A stretch of DNA of 64,000 bases from assembly GCA_019747895.1 (NCBI GenBank), contig JAIEQF010000008.1:13501-77500 (forward strand). The letters are read 5' to 3'. The DNA comes from Chthoniobacterales bacterium. Lineage in GTDB: Bacteria > Verrucomicrobiota > Verrucomicrobiia > Chthoniobacterales > UBA6821. Each line of letters opens with the position of its first letter. Position 1 is the stretch's first letter. Shown here piece by piece: positions 28,068 to 39,002 of this stretch. The notes beneath the pieces were generated by a model, which did no database searches, was not told the origin of the DNA, and saw only the letters and a program-made list of their open reading frames with translations. Position numbers and translations under genes: made by a program.

Positions 28068-30173
28068 CTAAGCTGCACTCGATGAAGAAACCAGCACAAC
28101 AATAGAACGCGCTTTGACCTCATAGTTGTTTGCTGTAATTTTTGGAGCTTCGTGCCAAGGGAGAATATCATGAGGTGATTCTAGGGAAGTATCGATAGAG
28201 CGATGCCACGCTTTATTGTCATCGTTGAAGGTTGGAATTTCAAAGGTCAAATCTTCCCAGTAACCATTGATCATGATATGCAGCATCATTTGATCATTAA
28301 AATGGCGAATCGTAGCCGCAATGGTGTGAGAGTTTGCTTCTAAGTCAGGATTTCCTAAGGTGACTCCATGCCATTCTATCGCTTTTTCTTTAAGGAAATC
28401 TTGTAATGTTTCTTTGTAGTTTTCACATAAAAACTTTTTATCAGCGCGAAGTTTGATCAGATGTTTTGAAAAACGATAAATGTCGGGATTTTTTTCCAAG
28501 AGGGACCAATCAAACCATGTTGACTCGCCAAGATCGCAATAACCATTGTTATTACCTAATTGGGTACGACGCACTTCGTCTCCCGAGAGAATCATCGGAA
28601 CGCCCACAGAAAAAAAGAGGATCGTTAAGAAATTTTTGATTTGTTGATTCCTCAACTTCTCAACAGCAGGATCATCGGTGGGGCCTTCAACGCCACAATT
28701 CCAACTAAGATTGTTATCGCTTCCATCACGATTCTTTTCACCATTAGCCTCATTATGTTTTTCGTTATAAGAAACGAGATCATTGAGGGTGAATCCATCA
28801 TGGCAGGTGATAAAATTGATGCTCTGCTCAGGCTCTCTTTCCTCATTCAGATAGATATCAGGACTGCCTATCATTCGGTGAGTAAGGCTTCGAATACTAT
28901 TTTCATTTCCTTTAACAAAAGAACGAACATCATCGCGAAAGCGACCGTTCCATTCATGCCAGGCATCGCCAGGAAAAGTTCCCACTTGATAAAGACCGCC
29001 AGCATCCCATGCTTCGGCGATGAGTTTAATCGTTGATAAAACAGGATCGGACTCAATATCCCATAAAATTGGAGGATTGGCCATTGGAGTTCCATCTTCA
29101 TCACGTGAGAGAATCGAGGCTAGATCAAAACGAAATCCATCAACATGCATCTCTTCAACCCAATAAGAAAGAGCATCGAGAATAAGGCGCCGCACGATTG
29201 ATTCATTCGCATTAAGTGTATTTCCACAGCCCGTGAAATCGCCGTAGGTCGATTTATCTTTTCCTAAAATATAATAAGTTTCATTGGATAACCCGCGGAA
29301 GGAGATGGTAGGACCGTTCACACCTCCTTCAGCAGTGTGATTAAAGACAACATCCAGGATCACTTCAATGCCAGCGCGATGGAGTGCCTTAACCATGTCG
29401 CGAAACTCATCGAGAACAGCCATCGGCTCTTGGCGCGAAGAATATTGTGGATGCGGCGCAAAAAAGGCGAGAGGTTGATAGCCCCATCCATTTTTCAAAC
29501 CAGCAGGCGCAGCTTCTGGATCAAAAGCAAAAACAGGCAACAACTCAACCGCAGTAATCCCAAGATCTTGGAGGTAAGGAATTTTTTCGATAACCCCAGC
29601 ATAGGTTCCACGTTTTTCTGGAGAGACCCCTGAGTTGGGATGAGCCGTAAAAGCCCCAATGTTCATTTCATAGATCACTGTCTTTGAAAAAGGATGCCGA
29701 GGAGGGGCATCATCTTCCCAATCATATTTTCCGGAATGGATGACAATATTTTTCAGTGCTTTATCAACATTGTCACCGACGGAAGCAGCTGATATGCGGG
29801 TTCGACTAGGCGGGTAGGCAATGCACTTTCCATAGGGATCAAGTAAAACTTTAGTATGGTCATAGCGAAAGCCACAACTGGGATTAAAAGGACCATCCAT
29901 GCGCCATCCATAAATTTGTCCTTCTCGAAGGCCCGGAACAAAGGCATGCCAGTAGTGATACGATTTATTTTTACAAGGATCGAGTTTGATGACCCTTGAT
30001 GGCTGAGTGTCTTTGATATCATTAAACAGCAGGAGTTCTGCACTCGTACTATGTTTCGAAAAAATACTGAAGTTGACCCCATCTGCATGAGGAGTTGCTC
30101 CTAATGGAAAGTGCATCGTTGACCCGAGAGGATAACTTTTTCCAGGTTGTGCTTGGAGAGTTGGTGAAGCCAT
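28068..30173 (-). CDS. glgX: Glycogen debranching enzyme (isoamylase, GH13)
   Basis: PLGAT, DVVFNHTAE, DGFRFDLAS, LIAEAWD, INFITCHDGFTL, SYNEKHNEANGE. Confidence 0.95.
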   Translation of the reverse strand: MASPTLQAQPGKSYPLGSTMHFPLGATPHADGVNFSIFSKHSTSAELLLFNDIKDTQPSRVIKLDPCKNKSYHYWHAFVPGLREGQIYGWRMDGPFNPSCGFRYDHTKVLLDPYGKCIAYPPSRTRISAASVGDNVDKALKNIVIHSGKYDWEDDAPPRHPFSKTVIYEMNIGAFTAHPNSGVSPEKRGTYAGVIEKIPYLQDLGITAVELLPVFAFDPEAAPAGLKNGWGYQPLAFFAPHPQYSSRQEPMAVLDEFRDMVKALHRAGIEVILDVVFNHTAEGGVNGPTISFRGLSNETYYILGKDKSTYGDFTGCGNTLNANESIVRRLILDALSYWVEEMHVDGFRFDLASILSRDEDGTPMANPPILWDIESDPVLSTIKLIAEAWDAGGLYQVGTFPGDAWHEWNGRFRDDVRSFVKGNENSIRSLTHRMIGSPDIYLNEEREPEQSINFITCHDGFTLNDLVSYNEKHNEANGEKNRDGSDNNLSWNCGVEGPTDDPAVEKLRNQQIKNFLTILFFSVGVPMILSGDEVRRTQLGNNNGYCDLGESTWFDWSLLEKNPDIYRFSKHLIKLRADKKFLCENYKETLQDFLKEKAIEWHGVTLGNPDLEANSHTIAATIRHFNDQMMLHIMINGYWEDLTFEIPTFNDDNKAWHRSIDTSLESPHDILPWHEAPKITANNYEVKARSIVVLVSSSSAA

Positions 30174-30193
30174 AGGTTTTTAAAGAAGAAAAA

Positions 30194-30384
30194 ATTGGCC
30201 ACAAAGAGCACAAAGAAATCAAAGAAAAACTAACAGATGTTATTTCTTAAAAAAGGAAACTATCTTCTTGTTTTTGTATGCTTTTTCCTGATGCTGAAGC
30301 ATCAGGAAAGGGAAAAACTCTTAAAAAGTGAATTTTGTTTTCTTTCAAAACTTCTTTGATTTCTTTGTGCTCTTTGTGGCCAAT
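30194..30384. repeat. Inverted 9-mer-arm cassette (GCCACAAAG family) with perfect 33-bp arms and a nested hairpin
   Basis: ATTGGCCACAAAGAGCACAAAGAAATCAAAGAA at 30194-30226 is the exact reverse complement of 30352-30384; inner stem TTTCCTGATGCT/AGCATCAGGAAA at 30284-30309. Confidence 0.88.
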
Positions 30385-30414
30385 CTCTTTTTTTACATTC
30401 TTTTGTAGCTATTT

Positions 30415-31563
30415 CTACTTCTCCAAAGCAGCCACTTTTCCAATCCGCCGCAAGTGCCGTTTTTCCTCGCTGTAGGAGCTAGTCAGAAAAGTTTGGACTA
30501 AATCCCAAGCAACTTCGTGGCCAATGGTGCGACCTCCAAGGCAAATCACATTAATATGATCATCTTCGACACCTTGTCGTGCTGAAAAGTGATCATTGAT
30601 AAGGGCTGCTCTAATACCTCGAACTTTGTTCATACAAACATTAATCCCAACACCACTGCCACAAATCGCAATGCCTCGATCTACTTTTCCTGAAACAACA
30701 GCCTCGCCTAAAGGAATTCCATAGTCAGGATAATCGTCCGTAGAGCAAAGTTCGTTTGCTCCAAAATCAGTCACCTCATAGCCAGAAAAGAGGAGACGTT
30801 TAATCAGATCTGCTTTCAATTCAAATCCGCCATGATCAGCAGCGATACCAACTTTAAGAGGAAATTTTTTTTCTGCTAAAGCTGCAGCTGCATCAGCATC
30901 AGCGAGAATGGTTGCATGTGCTTGAACAATGCTTCCACCTGGAATCGATTTCTCTTTGTTAAGGAGTTGTTGTAATGCCGTTTGTTTTTCTTTTCCAGTC
31001 ACGACCCAAAGAATTTTACGGCTCCGATTGATGACTGGGTAGGTGAGGGTCATGCGTTGATGGCCTTGATAAAGACCTGTGAGCGCGACATCACGATCAA
31101 TGACTTTTAAAACAGGATCTCCTGGAGTGAGGGAGGCAGTATGCCCATCAGGCCCAAGGCCGAGATGAACTAAATCAAAAACGGGTGGAGTCCCCGTGAG
31201 ATCGTTAAGAAGCGTAGCATAGGAAGAAGCTCCAGACTCAAGAGCCGACGATTCCACAGGCATCGGATAGAGATGAACCGATTTAGTTTCTGTTTTACTC
31301 AACAAACTCTCTTGAAGATGCGTCCAGTTTCTATCAGCACTGCCAGCAGGAGCGACTCGTTCATCCACTTGAAAAAGATGAACGTTATCCCATTCTACTT
31401 TTTCATCAGCGAGATGACGCAGCATGATCCAGGGAGTCTTTCCTCCGCTAACAGCCATGACAAAGCGCCCACGTTCGCGAATGGCGGCACGAGCCTCGTT
31501 AGCAATGAAAGTTGCTGCCATCTTGGCAACAGTTTCGGCGTCGTTAGTAATTTTGATATCCAT
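30415..31563 (-). CDS. pgl: 6-phosphogluconolactonase / ribose-5-phosphate isomerase B fusion
   Basis: N-terminal SGGKTP, VDERV, LGLGPDGHTASL; C-terminal AADHGG, DDYPD, ICGSGVG, HLRRIGK. Confidence 0.9.
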   Translation of the reverse strand: MDIKITNDAETVAKMAATFIANEARAAIRERGRFVMAVSGGKTPWIMLRHLADEKVEWDNVHLFQVDERVAPAGSADRNWTHLQESLLSKTETKSVHLYPMPVESSALESGASSYATLLNDLTGTPPVFDLVHLGLGPDGHTASLTPGDPVLKVIDRDVALTGLYQGHQRMTLTYPVINRSRKILWVVTGKEKQTALQQLLNKEKSIPGGSIVQAHATILADADAAAALAEKKFPLKVGIAADHGGFELKADLIKRLLFSGYEVTDFGANELCSTDDYPDYGIPLGEAVVSGKVDRGIAICGSGVGINVCMNKVRGIRAALINDHFSARQGVEDDHINVICLGGRTIGHEVAWDLVQTFLTSSYSEEKRHLRRIGKVAALEK

Positions 31564-31626
31564 ATTAGTTTAAAATAATCGTAACTACCATCGTAGTCCA
31601 AGCAGGAAGAAATTCTCTTATGGCTG

Positions 31627-33003
31627 CTAAGCAGCAACAGGATTATGCCATCCACCTTGTGGAAGGATGAATTTATCAACTTCAGCAGGACCCCATGAGT
31701 GAACATCGTATTGATAAACCGGAGTATTGGCTTTGATCATCGGATCAACGATACGCCAAGCCTCTTCAACATAGTCTTCGCGAGCAAAGAGGGTTTGATC
31801 TCCTTTGAGGGCATCACTAAGAACGCGTTCATAAGGCGTCATTTCCTCAGCGCTTGGTTGATGACTAGCAATCAGTTCAACAGGATTGCTCTCTTTTTCA
31901 TTCGCAGGATTAATAACATTCATGCCCATCGCAATAGTGACTTGAGGACTAATTCTAAGACGGAGGCAGTTCTGACGCATTTCAAAACCGGTATACATGC
32001 TCGGAGCAGGTTTCAAACGGATAAGGATTTCGGTGCACTCCACAGGAAGATTTTTTCCAGCTCGAAGATAAATAGGAACACCTTTCCAGCGCCATGAATC
32101 AACTTCCAACTTGATCACCGCAAATGTTTCCGTGGTGGAGTCAGGAGCTACACCAGGTTCTTGAAGATATCCTTTGAATTGGCCTCGCACGATATTCTTT
32201 GCAGAAAGTTCAGGCATCGACTTTAAAACTTTCACCTTCTCATCACGAATCGATTCGCTATCGAGTCGAGCAGGAGGTTCCATCAGAATATTGGTCAATA
32301 GTTGAAAGAGGTGATTTTCCATGACGTCGCGAACCGTTCCTGTCTTATCATAGAAGCTGCCTCGTCCTTGAACTCCAAAATCTTCAGCCATCGTTATCTG
32401 AATACTCTCGATATATTCGCGATTCCAAAATGATTCAGGGATGATATTCGAAAAACGAAAGAAGAGCATGTTGTGCACCACCGGTTTTCCAAGATAGTGA
32501 TCAATACGAAAAACACGATCTTCCTCAAAAGCTTTTAGCAAAATGACGTTCAGTTTTTTTGCTGATTCTAAGTCTGTTCCAAAGGGCTTTTCAACAACCA
32601 CGCGAGCTGTTTCGGGAGCACATCCAGAGCTAGCTAACTTCTCGATAACAAGTCCAAACAGGAGAGGTGGGATTGCCAAATAGTGAGCTGGCCGAACAGC
32701 GCTCCCGAGTTCTTTGCGCAACGCTGCGTAAGTGGAATCATCATTATAGTCACCATCAACGTAACGCAGGAGACTGCTCAGTTTTTCCCACGCCTGCGGA
32801 TCTAAGGTGCTATGTTTTTCAAGACTATCTTTAGCACGAGCTTTAAGCTGTTCTAAATTCCATCCGGCTTTAGCAACTCCAATCACGGGAACGTTGAGGT
32901 TGCCGCGTTTGATCATCGCCTGCAAAGAAGGGAAGATCTTTTTATAAGCTAAATCACCGGTTGCTCCAAAAAAAACAAAGGCGTCAGAAGGTTGGTTTTT
33001 CAT
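31627..33003 (-). CDS. zwf: Glucose-6-phosphate 1-dehydrogenase
   Basis: FGATGDLA, VEKPFG, RIDHYLGK, RWKGVP. Confidence 0.96.
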   Translation of the reverse strand: MKNQPSDAFVFFGATGDLAYKKIFPSLQAMIKRGNLNVPVIGVAKAGWNLEQLKARAKDSLEKHSTLDPQAWEKLSSLLRYVDGDYNDDSTYAALRKELGSAVRPAHYLAIPPLLFGLVIEKLASSGCAPETARVVVEKPFGTDLESAKKLNVILLKAFEEDRVFRIDHYLGKPVVHNMLFFRFSNIIPESFWNREYIESIQITMAEDFGVQGRGSFYDKTGTVRDVMENHLFQLLTNILMEPPARLDSESIRDEKVKVLKSMPELSAKNIVRGQFKGYLQEPGVAPDSTTETFAVIKLEVDSWRWKGVPIYLRAGKNLPVECTEILIRLKPAPSMYTGFEMRQNCLRLRISPQVTIAMGMNVINPANEKESNPVELIASHQPSAEEMTPYERVLSDALKGDQTLFAREDYVEEAWRIVDPMIKANTPVYQYDVHSWGPAEVDKFILPQGGWHNPVAA

Positions 33004-33068
33004 AAATAAGGCTGAGGGCTAAAGGTATGATGGTGGATGTTCAGAATTAACAATCGCTACACCCTAGA

Positions 33069-33096
33069 CGTCATTCCAACGTCTGCTGGAATGACG
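33069..33096. repeat. CGTC-tagged REP-like hairpin
   Basis: CGTCATTCCA-ACGTCTGC-TGGAATGACG. Confidence 0.7.
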
Positions 33097-33117
33097 GTAG
33101 TGTAGCCGAGAATAGGG

Positions 33118-34152
33118 CTAGTTTCCTTTCTTCTCAAGATGCCCACCGAAACCAAAACGCATCGCAGAAAGAATTTTATTTTGGAACTCAGCCTCTCCGC
33201 GAGAACTGAAGCGGTTGTAGAGTGAGGCAGAGAGAACGGGAGCAGGAATTCCTTCGTCAATCGCAGCTTTAATCGTCCAACGGCCTTCGCCAGAGTCAGA
33301 GACACGTCCTTCAAATTTTTCTAGATGAGGATCTGCTGCAAAGGCATTAGCAGTGAGGTCGAGAAGCCAGGAAGAAATAACGCTTCCACGACGCCAGACT
33401 TCAGCAATTTCTGGAAGGTCCATATCATATTGATAATGATCAGGATCACGAAGAGGTGTTGTCTCTGCATCAATGTCATGTTTCTGTTTTCCGATATCAG
33501 CATTTTTGATAATGCTCAATCCCTCGGCATAGGCAGCCATGATGCCGTATTCGATTCCGTTATGAACCATCTTTACAAAATGTCCGGCTCCATTAGGACC
33601 GCAGTGAAGGTAACCTTCTTCAGCTGTTCCTTTGTTAGCAGGGCGGCCTTCGGTGCGTGAAATAGTACCGATGCCAGGAGCCAAGCTCGCAAAAATAGGA
33701 TCGAGATGTTGAACGATATTTTTCTCACCGCCAATCATCATGCAGTAACCACGCTCTAAGCCCCAGACACCACCGCTAGTTCCAACATCAACGTAATGAA
33801 TGCCTTTCGCGGCTATTTCCTTGGCACGGCGAATATCATCCACGTAATAAGAATTGCCGCCATCAATAATGATATCATCTTTGCTCAAGTGAGGGAGTAC
33901 CGCTTGGATTGTCTCATCAACAACAGCAGCTGGAACCATCAACCAGATAGCACGTGGAGCAGCTAATTTAGAAACCATATCGCTCAGCGAGGTCGCACCC
34001 GTTGCTCCGTCTTTTACAAGAGGGTCAATCATCTTTTCAAAAGAATCAAAAACGACGCATTGATGGCCATCACGCATCAAGCGACGAACCATACCTGCGC
34101 CCATGCGTCCGAGACCGACCATTCCAAGTTGCATTGATTTTTTTGTACTCAT
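33118..34152 (-). CDS. gnd: 6-phosphogluconate dehydrogenase (decarboxylating, short type)
   Basis: [46 protein letters not shown]. Confidence 0.95.
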   Translation of the reverse strand: MSTKKSMQLGMVGLGRMGAGMVRRLMRDGHQCVVFDSFEKMIDPLVKDGATGATSLSDMVSKLAAPRAIWLMVPAAVVDETIQAVLPHLSKDDIIIDGGNSYYVDDIRRAKEIAAKGIHYVDVGTSGGVWGLERGYCMMIGGEKNIVQHLDPIFASLAPGIGTISRTEGRPANKGTAEEGYLHCGPNGAGHFVKMVHNGIEYGIMAAYAEGLSIIKNADIGKQKHDIDAETTPLRDPDHYQYDMDLPEIAEVWRRGSVISSWLLDLTANAFAADPHLEKFEGRVSDSGEGRWTIKAAIDEGIPAPVLSASLYNRFSSRGEAEFQNKILSAMRFGFGGHLEKKGN

Positions 34153-34195
34153 AAGAAGTTAAGGTTGAGATTTGAATTTAAGGTTGAGATTTGAA

Positions 34196-34855
34196 TTAAT
34201 GTGATGAAAGAAGTAGCGCTTGTACGGCTGCAGGAATACCAAGCGGCGATTTAAAAACAGAAGTGCCTGCAACAAAAACTGTCGCGCCCGCTTGAGCGGC
34301 CTGTGTAGCTGTTTCTGGAATGATACCGCCATCGACTTCAATTTCGCAATTGAGCTTTTTATCAGTGATCATTTGGCTGACTTTTTTAATTTTATCTAAC
34401 GTAAAAGAAAGAAAATGTTGATTTCCATATCCAGGATTAACGGTCATGACTAAGACCAAATCGATTTCAGGAAGGATAGCATCCAAGACACAGGCTGGGG
34501 TAGCTGGATTAATAGCAACACCAATCTTTGTTTTGAGCTGCTTTGCTTTTTGAATCGTGCGATGCAAATTATTGTTCCCCTCGTAATGGACAATGAAGGT
34601 GTCTGCGCCTGCTGCGGCAAACTCGTCCATGATGGCATCGGGATTAGTGATCATCAGATGCACTTCCAATGGGAGCTTTGTAACTGGGCGGAGCGACCGA
34701 ATGACCGGTTCTCCCATCGAAATGTTAGGAACAAAATGTCCATCCATTACATCGATGTGAATACGATCAGCACCTGCTTCTGCAACAGCGCGCACTTCAT
34801 CACCTAGCCGAGCAAAGTCAGCAGCAAGAATGGATGGGGCAATTTTTATATTCAT
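34196..34855 (-). CDS. rpe: Ribulose-phosphate 3-epimerase
   Basis: IAPSILAADF, HIDVMDGHFVPN, MTVNPG, EVDGGI. Confidence 0.96.
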   Translation of the reverse strand: MNIKIAPSILAADFARLGDEVRAVAEAGADRIHIDVMDGHFVPNISMGEPVIRSLRPVTKLPLEVHLMITNPDAIMDEFAAAGADTFIVHYEGNNNLHRTIQKAKQLKTKIGVAINPATPACVLDAILPEIDLVLVMTVNPGYGNQHFLSFTLDKIKKVSQMITDKKLNCEIEVDGGIIPETATQAAQAGATVFVAGTSVFKSPLGIPAAVQALLLSSH

Positions 34856-34859
34856 GAAG

Positions 34860-36500
34860 CTAACTCTTATTTTTCCGATAAAGCGAAATTAAATGATTCG
34901 TCGAGCTATCATGCTTAAGCTCTGGCTGTGTTGGGTTCTCCAATTCAGGAATAATGGCTTGTGCCAAGACTTTTCCTAGCTCGACGCCCCATTGGTCAAA
35001 CGAATCAATGTGCCAAATCGTTCCTTGCGTGAAGACAGAATGCTCGTAGAGAGCCACGAGTTTTCCAAGCATCTTTGGACTTAATACATCGGCCAAGATG
35101 ACATTAGAAGGACGATTTCCTTCAAAGACGCGGTGGGGGATGAGTTTCTCCGCTGTTCCTTCTGCGCGAACTTGCTCTGGAGTTTTTCCAAAAGCAAGAG
35201 CCTCTGCTTGGGCAAAGACATTCGAGACGAGCAAATCATGATGACGTCCGAGTGGATTGAGGGTTTTATAAAACGTGATAAAATCACACGGGATCAGCCG
35301 TGTTCCTTGATGGATCAGTTGATAGAAAGAGTGCTGGCCATTCGTGCCTGGCTCTCCCCAATAAATTGGTCCTGTTTGCGTATCAACTTTTTTGCCATCG
35401 AGCGTGACATGCTTTCCATTACTTTCCATGGTCAATTGCTGCAAGTAGGCTGGGAAGCGCTTCAGATATTGATCGTAAGGGAGGACCGCTACTGTTTGAG
35501 CATCAAAAAAATCATTGTACCAAACAGCCAAAAGTCCCATGAGAACGGGAAGGTTTTTTTCAAAAGGAGCTGTTCTAAAATGCTCATCCATCTCATGGAA
35601 GCCTGCAAGCATTTCTTGGAACTGATCAGGGCCAATCGCAATCATCGTTGAAAGTCCAATCGCAGAATCCATGGAGTAACGACCACCAACCCAATCCCAA
35701 AATCCAAACATATTCTGTGTATCGATTCCAAATGCGGAGACTTTTTCGGCATTTGTAGAAACGGCTACAAAATGTTTAGCAATTGCTTTTTCATCGCCGC
35801 TTAAACCTGCGAGCAGCCAATCACGAGCGCTATGAGCATTGGTTAAGGTCTCGAGTGTGCCAAAAGTTTTAGAAGAAACAATGAAGAGCGTTTCTGCCGG
35901 ATCAAGATCGCGAGTGGCTTCTACAAAATCGGTGCTATCAACATTAGAAACAAAACGAAACGTCATCGAGCGTTCGCTGTAGTGTCGAAGTGCTTCATAG
36001 GCCATCACTGGCCCAAGATCAGAACCTCCGATGCCGATGTTGACAACATTTTTAATGCGTTTGCCAGTGTGTCCTTTCCATTCACCACTGCGAACCTTCT
36101 TACTAAAAGCGTCCATTCTTTCTAAGACAGCATGAACTTCAGGCACCACATCCTTGCCATCAACCATGATTTTTTGGCACTTAGGAGCGCGAAGAGCGAC
36201 ATGAAGAACGGCGCGATTTTCAGAAATATTAATCTTGCCGCCGTGAAACATCGCATCAATACGATCGCGAAGGCAGGACTCTTGAGCCAATTGGCAAAGC
36301 AAAGACAGGGTCTCTTCGGTGATGCGATTTTTGGAGTAGTCGAGAAAAATTCCAGCGGCCTCAGCTGTTAATTTTTCACCTCGCTGCGGATCCTCGGCAA
36401 AAAGTTGCTTGAGCGATTTTTGATCGAAGAGAGCGCGATGTGTTTGAAGTGCGTTCCAAGCTGGACGCTTTGTGGTGTCAAGAGAAGCGGTTGAGAACAT
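34860..36500 (-). CDS. pgi: Glucose-6-phosphate isomerase
   Basis: [42 protein letters not shown]. Confidence 0.97.
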   Translation of the reverse strand: MFSTASLDTTKRPAWNALQTHRALFDQKSLKQLFAEDPQRGEKLTAEAAGIFLDYSKNRITEETLSLLCQLAQESCLRDRIDAMFHGGKINISENRAVLHVALRAPKCQKIMVDGKDVVPEVHAVLERMDAFSKKVRSGEWKGHTGKRIKNVVNIGIGGSDLGPVMAYEALRHYSERSMTFRFVSNVDSTDFVEATRDLDPAETLFIVSSKTFGTLETLTNAHSARDWLLAGLSGDEKAIAKHFVAVSTNAEKVSAFGIDTQNMFGFWDWVGGRYSMDSAIGLSTMIAIGPDQFQEMLAGFHEMDEHFRTAPFEKNLPVLMGLLAVWYNDFFDAQTVAVLPYDQYLKRFPAYLQQLTMESNGKHVTLDGKKVDTQTGPIYWGEPGTNGQHSFYQLIHQGTRLIPCDFITFYKTLNPLGRHHDLLVSNVFAQAEALAFGKTPEQVRAEGTAEKLIPHRVFEGNRPSNVILADVLSPKMLGKLVALYEHSVFTQGTIWHIDSFDQWGVELGKVLAQAIIPELENPTQPELKHDSSTNHLISLYRKNKS

Positions 36501-36547
36501 AAAAAAGTTTAGGAGTTTAGGATTAAAAAAGTCGTTTCACCCTCAGG

Positions 36548-36711
36548 CGTCATTCCTGCGGACGCAGGAATCCAGGAGGATGTCGATATAGAGTTGATGG
36601 TCCTATAAAATAAAGCTTCTGTTTTAGAAAATTTTTTTGAAGTTTTTTGATGGTTAGTTTTCGATTTTTGTGCAGATGGTCGCCTGGATTCCAGCGTCCG
36701 CTGGAATGACG
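36548..36711. repeat. Inverted pair of CGTC-tagged REP-like palindromes around an AT-rich spacer
   Basis: CGTCATTCCTGCGGACGCAGGAATCCAGG at 36548-36576 and CCTGGATTCCAGCGTCCGCTGGAATGACG at 36683-36711. Confidence 0.82.
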
Positions 36712-36727
36712 TGGTGACATTAATCAC

Positions 36728-37495
36728 TCAAACTTTCTTCGCACCCGGCGAAGCTGCTGACTGCTTCCAAAGCCTGAATCCACCGATGAAGGCATTAGAA
36801 TTTTCGGCAACACGGCACCCTTCGGGTACATTTTTAAGTTCACGAGCATTGCCACCACCGAGGACAACCTCTTCAGGTTCCAATGCTGCTCTCAAAATTT
36901 CTATAACTTTGCAAACTTCTTTCGCCCATTTTTTCTTTCCCTTTTTCTCGAGGGCCTTGTTGCCAGTATACTTTTCGAAATTTCCTTTTTTGTAGGGAAG
37001 TTCAGCAAGCTCTAAAGGAACGATAACTCCCTCTTCGATCAAAGTTGATCCAAGGCCAGTTCCAAAACCAAGAAACAAGATTCTCCCTCCTTCATAATCT
37101 CCTAGAGCCTGCATAGCAGCATCATTAATAATTTTAATAGGCCGGCCAAAGGCCTTCTCATAGTTGAAGCCAACCCATCCATTTCCAAGATTGGCCGGTT
37201 CTTTAATGGGCTTGCCGTTCTTCACTGGCGTCGGGCATCCCATGGAAATGACATCATAGTTCCAATCGGCAGTTAGTCTTTTAATCTCCTGGGCCATGAA
37301 ACTAGGAGTCATTCTCGGACCAGAAGGAAATTTTCTAATTTCACTATGACCTGAGCAGCTCATCTTGACATGTGTTCCGCCAACATCGATGACGAGAATT
37401 TTCAATCCCACATGCTTCACGGGACGGATCGCCATTGGCTTTGCAGTTGCTTTGCGAAGAACCGGCGATTTTTTGGTTTTTGGTTTTTTAATCAT
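36728..37495 (-). CDS. ROK family kinase (polyphosphate glucokinase-like)
   Basis: IDVGGTHVK, INDAAMQALG, GFGTGLGS, VLGGGN. Confidence 0.88.
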   Translation of the reverse strand: MIKKPKTKKSPVLRKATAKPMAIRPVKHVGLKILVIDVGGTHVKMSCSGHSEIRKFPSGPRMTPSFMAQEIKRLTADWNYDVISMGCPTPVKNGKPIKEPANLGNGWVGFNYEKAFGRPIKIINDAAMQALGDYEGGRILFLGFGTGLGSTLIEEGVIVPLELAELPYKKGNFEKYTGNKALEKKGKKKWAKEVCKVIEILRAALEPEEVVLGGGNARELKNVPEGCRVAENSNAFIGGFRLWKQSAASPGAKKV

Positions 37496-37514
37496 TTTTT
37501 AGCAAGTAAGTTTT

Positions 37515-38585
37515 CTAAACTGCAGTCTTCGCTTCAATGACCTTCATCAGCTCATTCCAAGAAGCCACAAAAGAATCAGCGCCTTCTTTTTGAAGAGTGG
37601 CAGCCAACTCTTTCAGATTAATTCCTGCTTTTGTGAATGCCGCTAGAGTACCATCGCAAACGCTTCCGTCGGCGTTCATGCTGCCAGTGACTTGACCATG
37701 ATCACCAAAGGCGAGGAGCGTTTTTTCTGGCATTGTATTGATGGTGAAAGGAGCTGCTAATCCTGAGACATAGAGCGTATCAGGAGCTTTTGGATCTTTG
37801 GTTCCGGTACTAGCAAGGAGAAGACGCTGCACAGTCGCTCCCGAGTTAAGAACTTTTAAGTAGCGAGGAGAGCTGATCAAAGCACAGTAGGCTTTGTAGC
37901 ATTCTTCTCCAACAGCAACACCCAATTTGTTTACCAAGTTTTCTGGAACTTTAGAAGCCACTGCTACATCCCAGCGGCTGATGAAAACAGAGGCTACCGA
38001 TGACACATAAGGTGACAATCCAGCTTCAATACGTCGCTCAATACCGCGAAGATAAGCTTCTGCAGCTGCTAAATATTGTTCGCACGAAAAAAGCAGTGTC
38101 ACGTTGACTGGCACGCCAGCAAAAATCGATTCTTCAATAGCAGGCAATCCTTCTTTGGTACCTGGAATCTTAATAAAAAGATTAGGGCGATTTGCGGCTT
38201 GATGTAATTCTTTTGCGACCTTTGTCGTTGTAGCTGTGTCGTAGGCGAGGAGGGGAGAGACTTCAAGCGAAACCCATCCATCGATTCCATGAGTTCGTTC
38301 GTGGATTGGTTTAAAGAAATCAGCTGCCATCGTGAGATCTTCAAGTGCTAATGAAAAAAAGAGCTCTTCGCCTGTCAGGCCTTTTTTCATCGCATCTCGA
38401 ATTCCAGCGTCATACGAAGGGCTATTTTTGATAGCGTGATTAAAAATTGTTGGATTAGAAGTCAACCCCGTCACGGAAAGCTCCTCGATATATTTTTTGA
38501 GCGTACCGTTATTAAGAATATCGCGAGTGATATTATCAAGCCAAAGACTTTGCCCTAAATCGTGGAGTTGTTTTGTTGGTTTCAT
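37515..38585 (-). CDS. tal: Transaldolase
   Basis: GQSLWLDNITR, GLTSNPTIF, VSLEVSP, FIKIPGT, SVFISRWD, NTMP. Confidence 0.95.
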   Translation of the reverse strand: MKPTKQLHDLGQSLWLDNITRDILNNGTLKKYIEELSVTGLTSNPTIFNHAIKNSPSYDAGIRDAMKKGLTGEELFFSLALEDLTMAADFFKPIHERTHGIDGWVSLEVSPLLAYDTATTTKVAKELHQAANRPNLFIKIPGTKEGLPAIEESIFAGVPVNVTLLFSCEQYLAAAEAYLRGIERRIEAGLSPYVSSVASVFISRWDVAVASKVPENLVNKLGVAVGEECYKAYCALISSPRYLKVLNSGATVQRLLLASTGTKDPKAPDTLYVSGLAAPFTINTMPEKTLLAFGDHGQVTGSMNADGSVCDGTLAAFTKAGINLKELAATLQKEGADSFVASWNELMKVIEAKTAV

Positions 38586-38715
38586 AAAAATTAAATAGGA
38601 ATAAAAATGAGGCTTAACTAAAGGGCAAGCTGTCGATCTTTGTCAAGATTGGATCGATTATTTTTGAAAAAAGAATTTGCATTCCCTCATCTCCTCGTTC
38701 ATAAAAAATAATCTT

Positions 38716-38937
38716 ATGGATAAAAAAACTTCAATCAAACCAACTCCTGTTAAGGCAACCTCGTCAAGCAGCAAAGCCTCTTCCAAGGCTGCACCAAAAA
38801 AAGTAGCTCCTTCCCAGGAAGAAATAGCCCTCCGCGCTTATTTTATTAGCGAGCGTCGCCAGCAGCTCGGATGGGAGGGCGACCCGGTCTCTGATTGGAC
38901 TGATGCAGAGCAGCAGTTAATAGCGGAAAGCAAATAA
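38716..38937 (+). CDS. DUF2934 domain small protein
   Basis: EEIALRAYFISERR...DWTDAEQQL pattern. Confidence 0.8.
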   Translation: MDKKTSIKPTPVKATSSSSKASSKAAPKKVAPSQEEIALRAYFISERRQQLGWEGDPVSDWTDAEQQLIAESK

Positions 38938-38939
38938 TT

Positions 38940-39002
38940 AATTAACCACAAAGAACGCAAAGAAATTAATAATTGGTCTCTTTGCGTTCTTTGTGGTTAA
39001 TT
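38940..39002. repeat. Perfect 24-bp inverted 9-mer-arm hairpin between convergent genes (possible bidirectional terminator)
   Basis: AATTAACCACAAAGAACGCAAAGA paired with TCTTTGCGTTCTTTGTGGTTAATT. Confidence 0.85.
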
